A stretch of 64,000 bases of DNA. It comes from a bacterium (GTDB lineage Bacteria > UBA8248). The stretch spans positions 3,232,001 through 3,296,000 of the forward strand of contig OY843592.1 in assembly GCA_963692865.2 (NCBI GenBank). Direction: 5' to 3'. Below are positions 30,192 to 39,721 of the stretch, in pieces (within the stretch, counting starts at the first letter, position 1; each line of letters begins with the position of its first letter). The notes below the pieces were generated by a model. It did not search any database. It was given only the letters and a program-made list of their open reading frames with translations, and was not told the origin of the DNA. Position numbers and translations under genes: made by a program.

Positions 30192-30653
30192 ATGACGACG
30201 TATGAACACCTGAGCCTCGCCATCGGTTTCCTCAACCTCCTCGCCTCCTACGGCGGTCTGGCCCTCATCTACTACGGCATCCGCGTCATGGATCGCAACG
30301 CGGGGCAGCGCGCGGCGGATTCGGAGCGCAAGCACACGGAAACGATGACCGAATCGGGGCGCAGGTACGACGAAGCGATAACCGAATCCGAGCGCAGGCA
30401 TGACGAAGTGATGGCGGAGTCCAAACGCAGGCACGACGAAGTGATGGCGAAGTCCGAACGCAGGCATGAGGAGGCGATGGCCGAATCCCGGCGCAGGGAG
30501 GAAGACTCGGTCCGCAGGCACGAGGAGTCGATGGCCTCCCTGCGCGCACTCATCGACGGGCAGGCGGAAAGCCGGGCCTCGCTGCGCGAGTTGATCGCCG
30601 GGCAGGAAGAGAGCCGCATGGCCCTGCGCGAACTCATCGAACGAACCAGGTAA
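30192..30653 (+). CDS. membrane-anchored coiled-coil protein with 11-aa and 14-aa tandem repeats
   Basis: N-terminal TM; about six ESxRRH(D/E)ExMA-type units (33 bp) then ASLR(A/E)LIxGQxESR-type units (42 bp). Confidence 0.75.
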   Translation: MTTYEHLSLAIGFLNLLASYGGLALIYYGIRVMDRNAGQRAADSERKHTETMTESGRRYDEAITESERRHDEVMAESKRRHDEVMAKSERRHEEAMAESRRREEDSVRRHEESMASLRALIDGQAESRASLRELIAGQEESRMALRELIERTR

Positions 30654-30860
30654 TCCATTCCGGCCGATGCGGGAAGGGTTGCGCCTTCCCTTCTCTCTTG
30701 ATACGGCCCTCGCCGCGCTCGCGTCTGCTCGGGATGAGGCGAGTCGTTGCGCGCCGCCGGACTGATTCGGAACGAAGGGGGCTGTTCTCCTCACCCTGAG
30801 CAGCCGCCGCGCTCTCCTCTTCACCCTGAATAGCGGCGGAAGATCAAACGCGACCGAGAA

Positions 30861-31110
30861 GGGATTGTTGAAAAAGTCCACCTCGCTCGGAATCGACCAC
30901 CGCCGTTATTCCGGCGAAAGCCGGAATCCATTCTCAAGCAGAATGGCAATACCCTGGCTTTTCATCTCTTCACCATTGGCGGGGATCAATCAGAAAATAA
31001 AAAAACAAAGGCAAAACAAATGGATTCCGGCTTTCGCCGGAATGACGATCAAAACCGAACCGCCTCGAAAGGAGAGATCGCGACTTCGGAAAGGCTAAAG
31101 GGCCTGTCCG
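30861..31110. repeat. composite repeat: TIR-like end plus inverted CGTCATTCCGGCGAAAGCCGGAATCCA REP pair
   Basis: GGGATTGTTGAAAAAGTCC at 30861; REP pair ~30903-31047; AT-rich spacer homologous (inverted) to 46930-47030. Confidence 0.65.
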
Positions 31111-31126
31111 CTACGCACCCCCTCCC

Positions 31127-32257
31127 CTAAAGCAGACCGGCCGCCCGCTCCAGTTCTTCTTCGGTGTTGTAGAAATGCGGCGCGAAGCGGAGGGCGTTGC
31201 CCCGCGCGCTGGCGATGACCCTCCTCTCGCGCAGGCGCGCCGCCGCCTTCTGCGGGTCGGGCGACGCGACGCTCACGATGGCGGCGCGCTCCTCCCAGGG
31301 CCGCGGCGTCAGAATCCTCTCGCCCCGCCCCTCCAGCAGTTCCATCAGATACGTCGTCAACTCCCGCACGCGCGCCTCGACGCGCGCAAGCCCCACCCTG
31401 CCGAGGAACTCGACCGAGCGGCCGAGCACCCACAATCCCAGGTAGTTGTGATTCCCGATCTCGAAGCGGCGGGCGTCCGGGGCGAGATCGACCTCCATCC
31501 GGGGGCGCGCGTCAGGAACCATGCCCGCGCGGGCGTAGAAAGGGGGCTTCATCCCGGGGATCAGGTCTTCGCGGCAATAGAGAAAGCCCGTGCCGGGCAG
31601 GCCGAGCAGGCCCTTGTGCCCGCCGCAGACCACGATGTCCGCCCCGAGGCTCGGCAAAGATGCCGAGAGGATTCCGACGCCCTGAATCGCATCCGTCATC
31701 AATATGATCCCCCGCTCGCGGCAGACCGCGCCCAGGGCGGGCAGGTCCACCCGGCAGCCCGTCCCGAAAGTCACGTAGGAGACCGCCGCGACGCGCGTCC
31801 GCCCGTCCATCGCCTCAATGAACGCCTCGGTCGGGAAGCGGCCGTCCCGGCTCCGCGCCCACCGCAGTTCGACGCCCCTCTCCTCCAGGCGTTTCAGGGC
31901 GTAGACCTGGTTCGGGTGGTCGGTTTCCGCCTGGACGACGTTGTCTCCCGCCCGGAGGTCCAGGGCGTGGACGGCGATGTTCAGACCCTCGGAAGTATTC
32001 TTGACGAACGCGAGCGTCCCCGGCGCGACGCCCAGCAGCGACGCCAGCGAGGCGCGGATCTCCTCCACGCGCAGCCTGGAGAAGGCCTCCCGGCCGCCGC
32101 GCTCGTTCATCTCCCGCAGGAAATCGGGGATGGCGTCCTGGGCGCACTGCGGGAGGGGCGCCTTGTTGGCGAGGTCGAGGTAGGTCCAGCTCCGCGTGAC
32201 GGGAAACTCGTCTCTCAAAGCCGCGAAATCCGGCGCAACCGCCCGTTCTTCATTCAT
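31127..32257 (-). CDS. class V PLP-dependent aminotransferase (cysteine desulfurase-like fold)
   Basis: YLDLANKAP, FVKNTSEGLN, DAIQGVG, GGHKGLLG (PLP Lys), LRFAPHFYNT. Confidence 0.9.
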   Translation of the reverse strand: MNEERAVAPDFAALRDEFPVTRSWTYLDLANKAPLPQCAQDAIPDFLREMNERGGREAFSRLRVEEIRASLASLLGVAPGTLAFVKNTSEGLNIAVHALDLRAGDNVVQAETDHPNQVYALKRLEERGVELRWARSRDGRFPTEAFIEAMDGRTRVAAVSYVTFGTGCRVDLPALGAVCRERGIILMTDAIQGVGILSASLPSLGADIVVCGGHKGLLGLPGTGFLYCREDLIPGMKPPFYARAGMVPDARPRMEVDLAPDARRFEIGNHNYLGLWVLGRSVEFLGRVGLARVEARVRELTTYLMELLEGRGERILTPRPWEERAAIVSVASPDPQKAAARLRERRVIASARGNALRFAPHFYNTEEELERAAGLL

Positions 32258-32326
32258 CCGTTATTCTCCCGCCGCAGAAGCCGGTAAACCCTTATCCAAA
32301 GAATTATATACAATCCCGCCCGAAGA

Positions 32327-32505
32327 GGGTTGTGGAAAAAGCCCTGGTTTCGTGATTTGTCGTATGGAGATGAGGGAATGACGATCAAAACCGCACCGCC
32401 TCATCCTGAGTAGCGGCGAAGCCGCATATCGAAGGCCAAACGCGATTGATGAATGAGTGTTTACTCTCGCCACGGCGCGAGCCTCTCGCCCTTCGATACG
32501 CCGCC
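32327..32505. repeat. partial MITE-like element with CCTCATCCTGAG REP pair
   Basis: GGGTTGTGGAAAAAGCC end; CCTCATCCTGAGTAGCGGCGAAGCCGCATATCGAAGG ... CCCTTCGATACGCCGCC. Confidence 0.6.
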
Positions 32506-32674
32506 GTTCGGATTTGCGCTGTTTTACATGAAGGGCGTGGCCTCACCCCAGGTCAAGATCCAGCAGATCTGCACCGGAATCATTCCGTTCGTGCTTCTGC
32601 AACTGACCGGACTGGCGCTTATAATGGCATTTCCGGAAATCGCCATGTGGCTGCCGAGACAGCTGCTCAATTGA
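32498..32674 (+). pseudogene. C-terminal remnant of TRAP transporter large permease (DctM)
   Basis: TPPFGFALFYMKGVA...GIIPFVLLQL..LALIMAFPEIAMWLP is the canonical DctM C-terminus; the rest of the gene is absent. Confidence 0.75.
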
Positions 32675-34091
32675 GCCATTCCTGGGCCGGTGCGGCCAGA
32701 TCGGGCCTTCGGTCGACCCACGGTCTGGCGGCCTCGAATGCGGCGGCGGCGCGGAAGATGTCTTCCTCGTGCAGGATACTCGAAACCATCTGCATGCCCA
32801 CGGGCAGGCCGTCCCGGGTCCATCCCGCCGGCACCGAGGCGGCCGGCTGGCCCGTCAGGTTGAACGGATAGGTGTAGTAAACCCAGGATACGATGTTGCG
32901 GTCGGGCAGCTCCGGGGGCGCGTTGCAGTTCACGTCGAAAGCCGAGACGGGAAGCGTCGGCGTCAAGAGCAGATCGTAGTCCTCGAAGAAGAGGCGCATC
33001 TTCTCGCGAAAGTCGTAGCGCCGGAAAACCTTGTCGTAATACCCCTCCAGTTCCTGATCGAGGGCGCCGGCGAGCACGTCGGCAACCGCCGGGTCGAGCA
33101 GGTCCGGCTTGTTGGCGAGCACATCCTTGAGCCGGGTTCCGACGCCGGCGTAGAACTCGGCCATCCAAATGGGGAGCGGGTCCTCTTCCATGACCTGTTC
33201 GACCAGGTCCACGGTGCAGCCGAGATCCTCGAACACCCTGACGGCCTCCTCAACGATCCGGACCACCTCGCCGGTCGGCTGCGCGTAGCCGAGCGTCGGG
33301 CTCCAGGCCAGGCGCATGCCCTCGACCGGACGCTCGCAGGCGGCCAAGAAGTCGGGCACGGGCTGCGCGACGCCGAAGGGATCCCGGCGGTCGTGCCCGG
33401 CGACGGCGTTCAGCAGGAGCGCCCCGTCGCGCACGGTGCGGGTGAGCGGGCCGACATGGGCGAGCGTCGGCGTGGCGCTCGCCGGGAAGACCCCGACGCG
33501 CGCGAACTGCGCCTTGATGCCGAAAAGGCCGCTGAGCGAACTCGGGATGCGGACGGACCCGCCGCCGTCGGTTCCGAGCGCGAACGGTGTGACCCCGGCG
33601 GCAACGCTGGTCGCGGCGCCGCAGCTCGATCCGCCCGGCGTCTTGGCGAGATTCCAGGCGTTCGGCGTCACCCCGGTCAGCGGGCTGTCGCCGACCGCCT
33701 TGCAGCCAAACTCGCTGGTCGTCGACTTACCGACGATGCAGCCGCCCTGCCGCCGCACCCGGTCCACCGAGGGCGCGTCGACAGCCGCGACATTGTCCGC
33801 CATCGCCCGAGAGCCGAAGGTCAGCTTCAGGCCGTCCACGGCGATCAGGTCCTTCACCGAGATGGGTAGGCCGTGCAGCAGTCCGAGCTCTTCGCCGGAC
33901 ATGACGGCCTTTTCGGCCTGCCGCGCCGCTTCGAGGGCGAGGTCGGGCGAGGTCTGGACGAAACAGTTGAGCGTCGGCTCCAGCCCGTCCATGCGCTCCA
34001 GGGACGACCCGACGAGTTCGACCGGCGAGATGTCGCCGCGCGCGATCAGGTCCTTCAACTCGATTGCCGTCATGAACGCGAAATCGCTCAT
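32667..34091 (-). CDS. amidase-signature (GatA-like) family amidase
   Basis: LHGLPISVKDL, PGGSSCG, GTDGGGSVRIPS, PFNLTGQPA. Confidence 0.92.
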   Translation of the reverse strand: MSDFAFMTAIELKDLIARGDISPVELVGSSLERMDGLEPTLNCFVQTSPDLALEAARQAEKAVMSGEELGLLHGLPISVKDLIAVDGLKLTFGSRAMADNVAAVDAPSVDRVRRQGGCIVGKSTTSEFGCKAVGDSPLTGVTPNAWNLAKTPGGSSCGAATSVAAGVTPFALGTDGGGSVRIPSSLSGLFGIKAQFARVGVFPASATPTLAHVGPLTRTVRDGALLLNAVAGHDRRDPFGVAQPVPDFLAACERPVEGMRLAWSPTLGYAQPTGEVVRIVEEAVRVFEDLGCTVDLVEQVMEEDPLPIWMAEFYAGVGTRLKDVLANKPDLLDPAVADVLAGALDQELEGYYDKVFRRYDFREKMRLFFEDYDLLLTPTLPVSAFDVNCNAPPELPDRNIVSWVYYTYPFNLTGQPAASVPAGWTRDGLPVGMQMVSSILHEEDIFRAAAAFEAARPWVDRRPDLAAPAQEWLN

Positions 34092-34264
34092 CGTTCCTGT
34101 CCGTCGAGCCACCCGCCAAGCGTCTCGAGCGTCATCGTAAACCGCTCGATTTCATCCACGTCTATCGCGCTGAAGGTCCGGAATAGATCCTGTCCGATGT
34201 CCTTGTGGATCCTGTCGAGCAGCGCCGTAAAACCCGGAGCCACCGCTCCCTGTTGTTCGTTCAT
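34088..34264 (-). pseudogene. 58-aa chimeric ORF: aminotransferase-like start fused to an unrelated helical (possibly MarR-like) C-terminal remnant
   Basis: MNEQQGAVAPGFTALLD resembles MNEERAVAPDFAALRD; upstream ~85 bp duplicates 32247-32331; stop overlaps the amidase ATG. Confidence 0.5.
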
Positions 34265-34332
34265 CCGTTTTCTCCCGTTGGGTAAGTCGGCAAAATCCTT
34301 GTTCGGAGAATTATATACAATCCTGCCCGAAG

Positions 34333-34389
34333 GGGGTTGTTAAGAAAGTCCACTGAAGTAGCGTTTGCGTCTTTTGTAGTAACAGCCCC
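34333..34389. mobile_element. minimal (empty) degenerate MITE-like element
   Basis: GGGGTTGTTAAGAAAG ... CTTTTGTAGTAACAGCCCC, 57 bp, no REP cargo. Confidence 0.45.
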
Positions 34390-34408
34390 TCTTGAGTCCG
34401 ACTCGCGT

Positions 34409-35462
34409 TCAGTCGGTGAAGGAAAAATCCATCCTGCGCGTCACGCTGTGCGTGTTCCCGAACGTCGGGATGACGAGGCTGTGCTTCCCGAGGCCCCCCG
34501 CGACGAACAGGCAGATGCTGTCCTCATCGGCGACGACGGGAACGCTCCCGAGGTCTTCCCGGGCCAGAAGGTCGTCCCGGCGTCCCCGTGCGCGTTCGAG
34601 GTTCGCCGGCGCGAACATAGACGTCGGCACCCTGCCCCGCTCGTACAGGAAGGCCTTGATTCGCGGCGGATCCCAGCCGTCGCGCACGAGCATGTCGACG
34701 TGTTCGGGGCCGAGGACGACCGCCATCTCCCCGCCGAAGAGCGCGTTGTTGCTCCCCGCCTGCATCATCGAAGAAGCGATGGACTGAAGCACGCCCTCGC
34801 CATCCGTGCTGGCCGCGTCGTTGACCATGATGTGCGGGTCGACGGCGATGACCGTCACGGCGCTCTCCGAACGCTCCAGGCCGCGCTCGACGTGGAGCGG
34901 CGGCCACGGGCTCGCTTCCTCATTTTCGCCGATGCAGCTCGAGAACTTGCCCTGGTGGCCGAAGGTGCTGCGATCGGTATCGCCCGGTTTGGCGCCCCCG
35001 ATGTTCTGGAGGATGAACCGGAACGCCCTGCCGATGGTGGCGTTGGCCCGCCAGCCCTGGCCGAAGAGGTTCTCCTTGCAATTGACTCCCAGCACATGTC
35101 GGGCGGGGCCGTGGACGACGATGAGCTGCGCGATGCAGTTCGTCGTCCCCTGTACTCCCGGCAGGTTGTATGCGGGGTCGAAGATGGCGTCGACGGCGGT
35201 AACGAGCACCGGCATGTACTCGGGCTTACAGCCCGCCATGGCGGCGTTGACGGCGATCTTCTCGATCGTGGCGTCGCCGAACAGATGGGGGATGCGTCCG
35301 CGGGATTCCTCGGGCGGACGACCCGATGCCTCCACCATGCCCGCCACCCGCTCTTCGGTCGGCGGGATGACGGGCAGCCCGTCCCCCCAGCCTTGTTCCA
35401 TCACGTACTCGAAACTCCAGGGGGGATTCCGCCACCTCGTGGCGCGCGGAGGCCAGCTTCAT
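34409..35462 (-). CDS. UGSC-associated partner protein (GWGDGLP family); apparent one-base frameshift near the 5' end
   Basis: EQGWGDGLPVIPPTEERV, ATIEKIAVNAAMAGCKPEY, RANATIGRA, ENEEASPWPP; coupled ATG at 35462 is out of frame by one base (C6 tract at 35420-35425); the in-frame part is 34409..35404. Confidence 0.75.
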
Positions 35463-36013
35463 CCTTCGTCTTCCGGGGGCGTATGCGTGAGGGACGCCGC
35501 CACGCTCTCAAAAATCCCGTCCGCGTGGTCATGCACCGTATCGAGCGGTATTCCGGTGATGGGATGGGGGATCGAGACGAGCGGCAGGCCCGCGAAGCCC
35601 AGCGCCCGCGCCTTCTTGCGGCCGAAGGCCTCGAACATGTCCGTGATGACGGTGAGCGTGGGGAGCCCGCGCTGCTCCAGCTCGATCGCGTCGTGGATAC
35701 TCCACGGCGTGCAGGAGCCTCAGTCGGGCACGGCGTTCACCACGAAGTCGCACTCCTCGGCCATCCGGTCGATCAGGTCCTCCTCCAGCGGGAGCGCGCT
35801 GCCGCTCTTGCGGTAGTGCGTGAACGAGCCGATGGGATATTTCCCGCTCAAGCGCTCCTCCAGGCGGCGCAGCAGCTTGTCGGAGTTTGGCTTCGTGTTG
35901 TCGAGAAGGCCCAGGCGAATTCCCTCGTGGGAGGCGGGGCGCGCGGCAGGGCGCACCTTCGGGATCGGAGGGGGTATTCCCGAGGGATCGAGGATCACCA
36001 GAGTCTTCCCCAT
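35459..36013 (-). CDS. UGSC-family selenoprotein (Sec at UGA 35720-35722)
   Basis: LLDNTKPNS...NAVPD-UGA-GSCTPWSIHDAIELEQRGLPT...IPHPI; frame stays open 86 codons past the UGA; U-G-S-C (UxxC) motif. Confidence 0.88.
35690..35708 (-). promoter_or_regulatory. bacterial SECIS-like hairpin
   Basis: 11 nt after the UGA: GCCGTGGA-GTA-TCCACGAC stem-loop with GU in the apical loop. Confidence 0.65.
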
Positions 36014-36169
36014 AGCGGACGCCTCTCCATGATGGTGAGACCGGTGATGCTATCATCGATGGGCGAGGGCCTCAACAAACCCTTGACTCGCCTCCCATGA
36101 CATGCAATCAAAACGGACGCGGATTCGTTGAAACTCCCGCGCGGCGCGGACGGCGGGCGGGTTCCGTCT

Positions 36170-37303
36170 TTACTCCTCGTTTCCGGCTTGCGGCTGGACC
36201 CGCCACACCTCGATGATCGAGCCGACGATGCCCCTGGGCGCCAGCAGAATCGTGATGATGAAGAACAGGCCGATGATCAGGATCGCCCGCTCGGTGTATT
36301 CACCCAGAAAATCGTTCAGGTAATGGACGAAGCTCGCCCCGACGAAGGGGCCGATGAGCGTTCCGAGTCCGCCGACGACCGACCAGATGACGATCTCTCC
36401 CGAATGCAGCACGTCCATCTGCTCGGTGCCGATGATGCCGTTTTTCAGCAGCACCAACACCCCCGCCAACGAGGTGAAGAATCCCGAAACGGCCGTGTTG
36501 AATATCTTGTAAGCGTTCACGTTGTAGCCGAGATAGGCGGCCCGCCGCTCGTTCTCGCGGATGCCCATGAACACGAGCCCGACGGGCGAGCGGAGGAAGG
36601 CCCGCAAACAAATGTAGGATGCGAACACGACGCCGAACGTCAGGTACCAGAAATGCGAGAACTCTCCGGTCTCGACCCCGAACAGCCCGAAAAACCCGAG
36701 TGTGGGCAAATCGATCGTCATGCCGTCCTCGCCGTTCGTCATCGAGACCCACGAATTCGCGACGATGAACGCCACGCTGCCGAAAACCAGCGTGATGATG
36801 CCGAAATAGATGTCGCGGACGCGGACGGAGAACGCGCCCATGCAGGTCGTGAGCGCCGTTCCCAGGAAGACGGCGAAGCCTATCGCCGCCCAGGGACTCC
36901 AGCCATATTTGGTCAGCATGATCGCGGCGCCGTAGGCCCCGACGCCCGCGAGCGCCGCGTGCGCGAAACTGGCGAGTCCGACGAAGCCCATCATCACGTC
37001 GAGGCTCATCGCCAGAAGGCCCAGAATGAGCATCTCGCTGTAGAAGCGCAATTCGAAATCGCCGGCCCAAAACGGCAGGCTCAAGCCCACCAGGAATATG
37101 ACGGGGGCGGCGTACCTGACGCCGAAAAAAGGCTGGAGGCCGAGCTTCACCCGCTCGGGCAATCTCGACAACAGCCATACGACGAGCGGCAGCAAGGCGA
37201 GCAAGGCGAGCAATTCCACCGCCGCCAGGACGGGCAACAGCCAGAACGTCACCCCGACCAGGACGATGACGGGAACGCCGATGCGAAGCGAGAGATCGAT
37301 CAT
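36170..37303 (-). CDS. livM: branched-chain amino acid-type ABC permease (LivM-like)
   Basis: GLASFAHAA, TNGEDG, IRENERRAAYLGYN, VVGGLGTLIGP. Confidence 0.88.
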   Translation of the reverse strand: MIDLSLRIGVPVIVLVGVTFWLLPVLAAVELLALLALLPLVVWLLSRLPERVKLGLQPFFGVRYAAPVIFLVGLSLPFWAGDFELRFYSEMLILGLLAMSLDVMMGFVGLASFAHAALAGVGAYGAAIMLTKYGWSPWAAIGFAVFLGTALTTCMGAFSVRVRDIYFGIITLVFGSVAFIVANSWVSMTNGEDGMTIDLPTLGFFGLFGVETGEFSHFWYLTFGVVFASYICLRAFLRSPVGLVFMGIRENERRAAYLGYNVNAYKIFNTAVSGFFTSLAGVLVLLKNGIIGTEQMDVLHSGEIVIWSVVGGLGTLIGPFVGASFVHYLNDFLGEYTERAILIIGLFFIITILLAPRGIVGSIIEVWRVQPQAGNEE

Positions 37304-38184
37304 TCGAGACCCCTGTCACCCATCAGGCCGTTGGGCCGGAAAACGAGGAATACCAGAAGCACGAGCAGGCTCAGAATCTGCGGCTGGGAGCCTTCCAGGA
37401 AAATAGAGCCGATGGCCTCCAACTCGCCTATCAGGAGCGCTGCGAGCATCGTCCCCGGCAGACTGCCCAGACCGCCGACGACAACGACGATGAACGCGGC
37501 GACGATGATGTCCGACCCCATCGAATAGTCGACGCTGAATATCGGGGCGACCAGGACACCGCTCATCGCGGCGAGCCCGCATCCGACCGCAAAGACCAAC
37601 TGGTACACCCGGGGCACGGGCACGCCCATGCAGGCGGCCATTTCGCGGTTCTGGATGGTCGCCTGAATCCACACCCCCCACTTCGTTCGCGTGACGAACA
37701 GCCAGAGCAGGAGCATAATGAGCGCGGCCACTCCCATGATGACGATCCGGTAGAGGGGGAATTCCAGGTCGAAAAAGGGAACCGAAGCCTTGATCGGCGG
37801 AGCCATGAATTTGCCGATGGTGCCGAAAATCGTCAGGGCCGCCTGCTGGAGCACGAGCGCCAGCCCGAAAGACACCAGGAGGGGAATGAACGGATTTCCC
37901 CCGTGCGTCGTCCGGAACAGGCTGCGCTCTATGGCGTAACCGAAGGCGGCGACCACGACGCCCGCGATCACCACCGCGCCCCAGAAACCGACGACCGCGG
38001 AGCCGAATTTCAGCGCGAGCCAACCGGCGAACGCGCCCGCCATGTAGAATTCCCCGTGCGCGAAATTGACGATATTCATCACGCCCAGGATGAGGGTGAA
38101 GCCCGCGGCGACCAGGGCCAGCACGAGTCCGTTCTGGAGTCCCATGACGGATTCGATGACAAGGCGTTCTAGGAATTGCTCCAT
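37300..38184 (-). CDS. livH: branched-chain amino acid-type ABC permease (LivH-like)
   Basis: GVMNIVNFAHGEFYM, VVVGGLGS, FRPNGL. Confidence 0.9.
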   Translation of the reverse strand: MEQFLERLVIESVMGLQNGLVLALVAAGFTLILGVMNIVNFAHGEFYMAGAFAGWLALKFGSAVVGFWGAVVIAGVVVAAFGYAIERSLFRTTHGGNPFIPLLVSFGLALVLQQAALTIFGTIGKFMAPPIKASVPFFDLEFPLYRIVIMGVAALIMLLLWLFVTRTKWGVWIQATIQNREMAACMGVPVPRVYQLVFAVGCGLAAMSGVLVAPIFSVDYSMGSDIIVAAFIVVVVGGLGSLPGTMLAALLIGELEAIGSIFLEGSQPQILSLLVLLVFLVFRPNGLMGDRGLE

Positions 38185-38897
38185 CAGGCGACTCCCAGAT
38201 GCTCGTGGAGAGTCTCCGAATCGGCCAGGACGTCAGCCGACTCGCCGCCATGGACGATTCGCCCCTTGGCCATGATGTAGCCCCGCGCGCTCGCCCGCAG
38301 GGCCAGCCTGTAATCCTGCTCGACGAGGAGGATGGCGATCTTGAGTTCCTCGCTCATCCACCGGATGATCTGCTCAATCTCGTTGACCATGGCCGGCATC
38401 AGGCCCTCGGTGGGTTCATCGAGCAGTATGAGTTTCGGTTGGGTGACGATCGCCCGCGCGAGGGCCAGCATCTGCTGCTCGCCGCCGGAAAGGGTGGAGC
38501 CGACCTGATCGGCCCGCTCCTTCAGGCGGGGAAACGACTCATAGACGGCGTCCAGATTTTTTTGTTTCTCCCCTTCGCTCAACTTCTGCAGATCGAGGCC
38601 GATGCGCAGGTTCTGCATGACGGAGAGTCTCGGGAATACCTGGCGGTTCTCTGGAACATAACCGATGCCGAGCGTCGCCATTTTGTAGGGAGGTACGCCC
38701 GTGACGTCGCTTTCGCCAAAAAAAATCCGGCCGCGGCGCGGTGGATTGAGACCCATGATGGTCCGCATGGTGGTCGATTTTCCCACGCCGTTCCGCCCCA
38801 GCAGCGAGACGGTCTCGCCTTCGGCGACCTCGAGGCTCACCCCCTGGAGGATGTGGCTTTTTTCATAATAAGAATGGACGGCTTCAAGCCGCAGCAT
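38184..38897 (-). CDS. livF: ABC ATPase (LivF-like)
   Basis: GRNGVGKST, LSGGEQQML, LLDEPTEGL. Confidence 0.9.
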   Translation of the reverse strand: MLRLEAVHSYYEKSHILQGVSLEVAEGETVSLLGRNGVGKSTTMRTIMGLNPPRRGRIFFGESDVTGVPPYKMATLGIGYVPENRQVFPRLSVMQNLRIGLDLQKLSEGEKQKNLDAVYESFPRLKERADQVGSTLSGGEQQMLALARAIVTQPKLILLDEPTEGLMPAMVNEIEQIIRWMSEELKIAILLVEQDYRLALRASARGYIMAKGRIVHGGESADVLADSETLHEHLGVA

Positions 38898-39639
38898 CGG
38901 AACTTCTCAGATATACGCGCTGCACGTCGTCGTCGTTTTTTATCTCATCGGGAGTACCTTCCGCGATGATCTCCCCGTGGTGAAACACGCTAATCTGCTC
39001 GGCGATCGACATGACGACTTCCATGTCGTGTTCCACGAGAACGATGCTCAGTCTTTCGGAGAGGCGCTTGATCAGGGCGGCCGTCTCCTGAGTTTCCACC
39101 GCGCTCATGCCGGCGGTCGGCTCGTCGAGAAGCAGCAACTCGGGCGACAAGGCCAGGGCAAGGCCGATCTCCAGATATTTCTGTTCCCCGTGCGCCAGGT
39201 TGGAAGCAAGCTCCACCCGCTTCGCGGACATTCCGATCTCTTCGAGCACTTCGTCCACACTGGTCTCGACGTTTTGATGACTGGCGGCATTGCGGAACGG
39301 ATGAAAGCTCATGGCGCGGTTCTGCGCGGCGAGGCGCAAATTCTCTTCCACCGTGAGGTTCGGAAAGATATTCGTGATCTGAAAAGCGAGGCTGACCCCG
39401 AGCCGGCTGATTTTATGGGGCGGCATTCGGGAGGTATCGACTCCGTTGATCCGGATCTCGCCGCTCGAAGGCCGCTGCACACCCATCAGCATGCTGAAAA
39501 AGGTGCTCTTGCCCGCTCCGTTCGGACCGATGATGGCCCGCAACTGGTCTTTCGGGAGCTGGAAATCGACGTGGTCGACCGCAACCAGGGCGCCGAACGC
39601 CTTGGTCAGAGCCTTCGTCTCCAGAATGAAATCGGACAC
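38884..39639 (-). CDS. livG: ABC ATPase (LivG-like)
   Basis: GPNGAGKST, LLLDEPTAGM, VEHDM; GTG start inferred. Confidence 0.88.
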   Translation of the reverse strand: MSDFILETKALTKAFGALVAVDHVDFQLPKDQLRAIIGPNGAGKSTFFSMLMGVQRPSSGEIRINGVDTSRMPPHKISRLGVSLAFQITNIFPNLTVEENLRLAAQNRAMSFHPFRNAASHQNVETSVDEVLEEIGMSAKRVELASNLAHGEQKYLEIGLALALSPELLLLDEPTAGMSAVETQETAALIKRLSERLSIVLVEHDMEVVMSIAEQISVFHHGEIIAEGTPDEIKNDDDVQRVYLRSSDAAA

Positions 39640-39721
39640 TCCGAACCTTCCCGGTGGGCGCGACGGCCGCCCCCTGCCCGTTGGAAACCGGGCGGGGGGC
39701 GGACTTCGCCGTGCCATGAAA

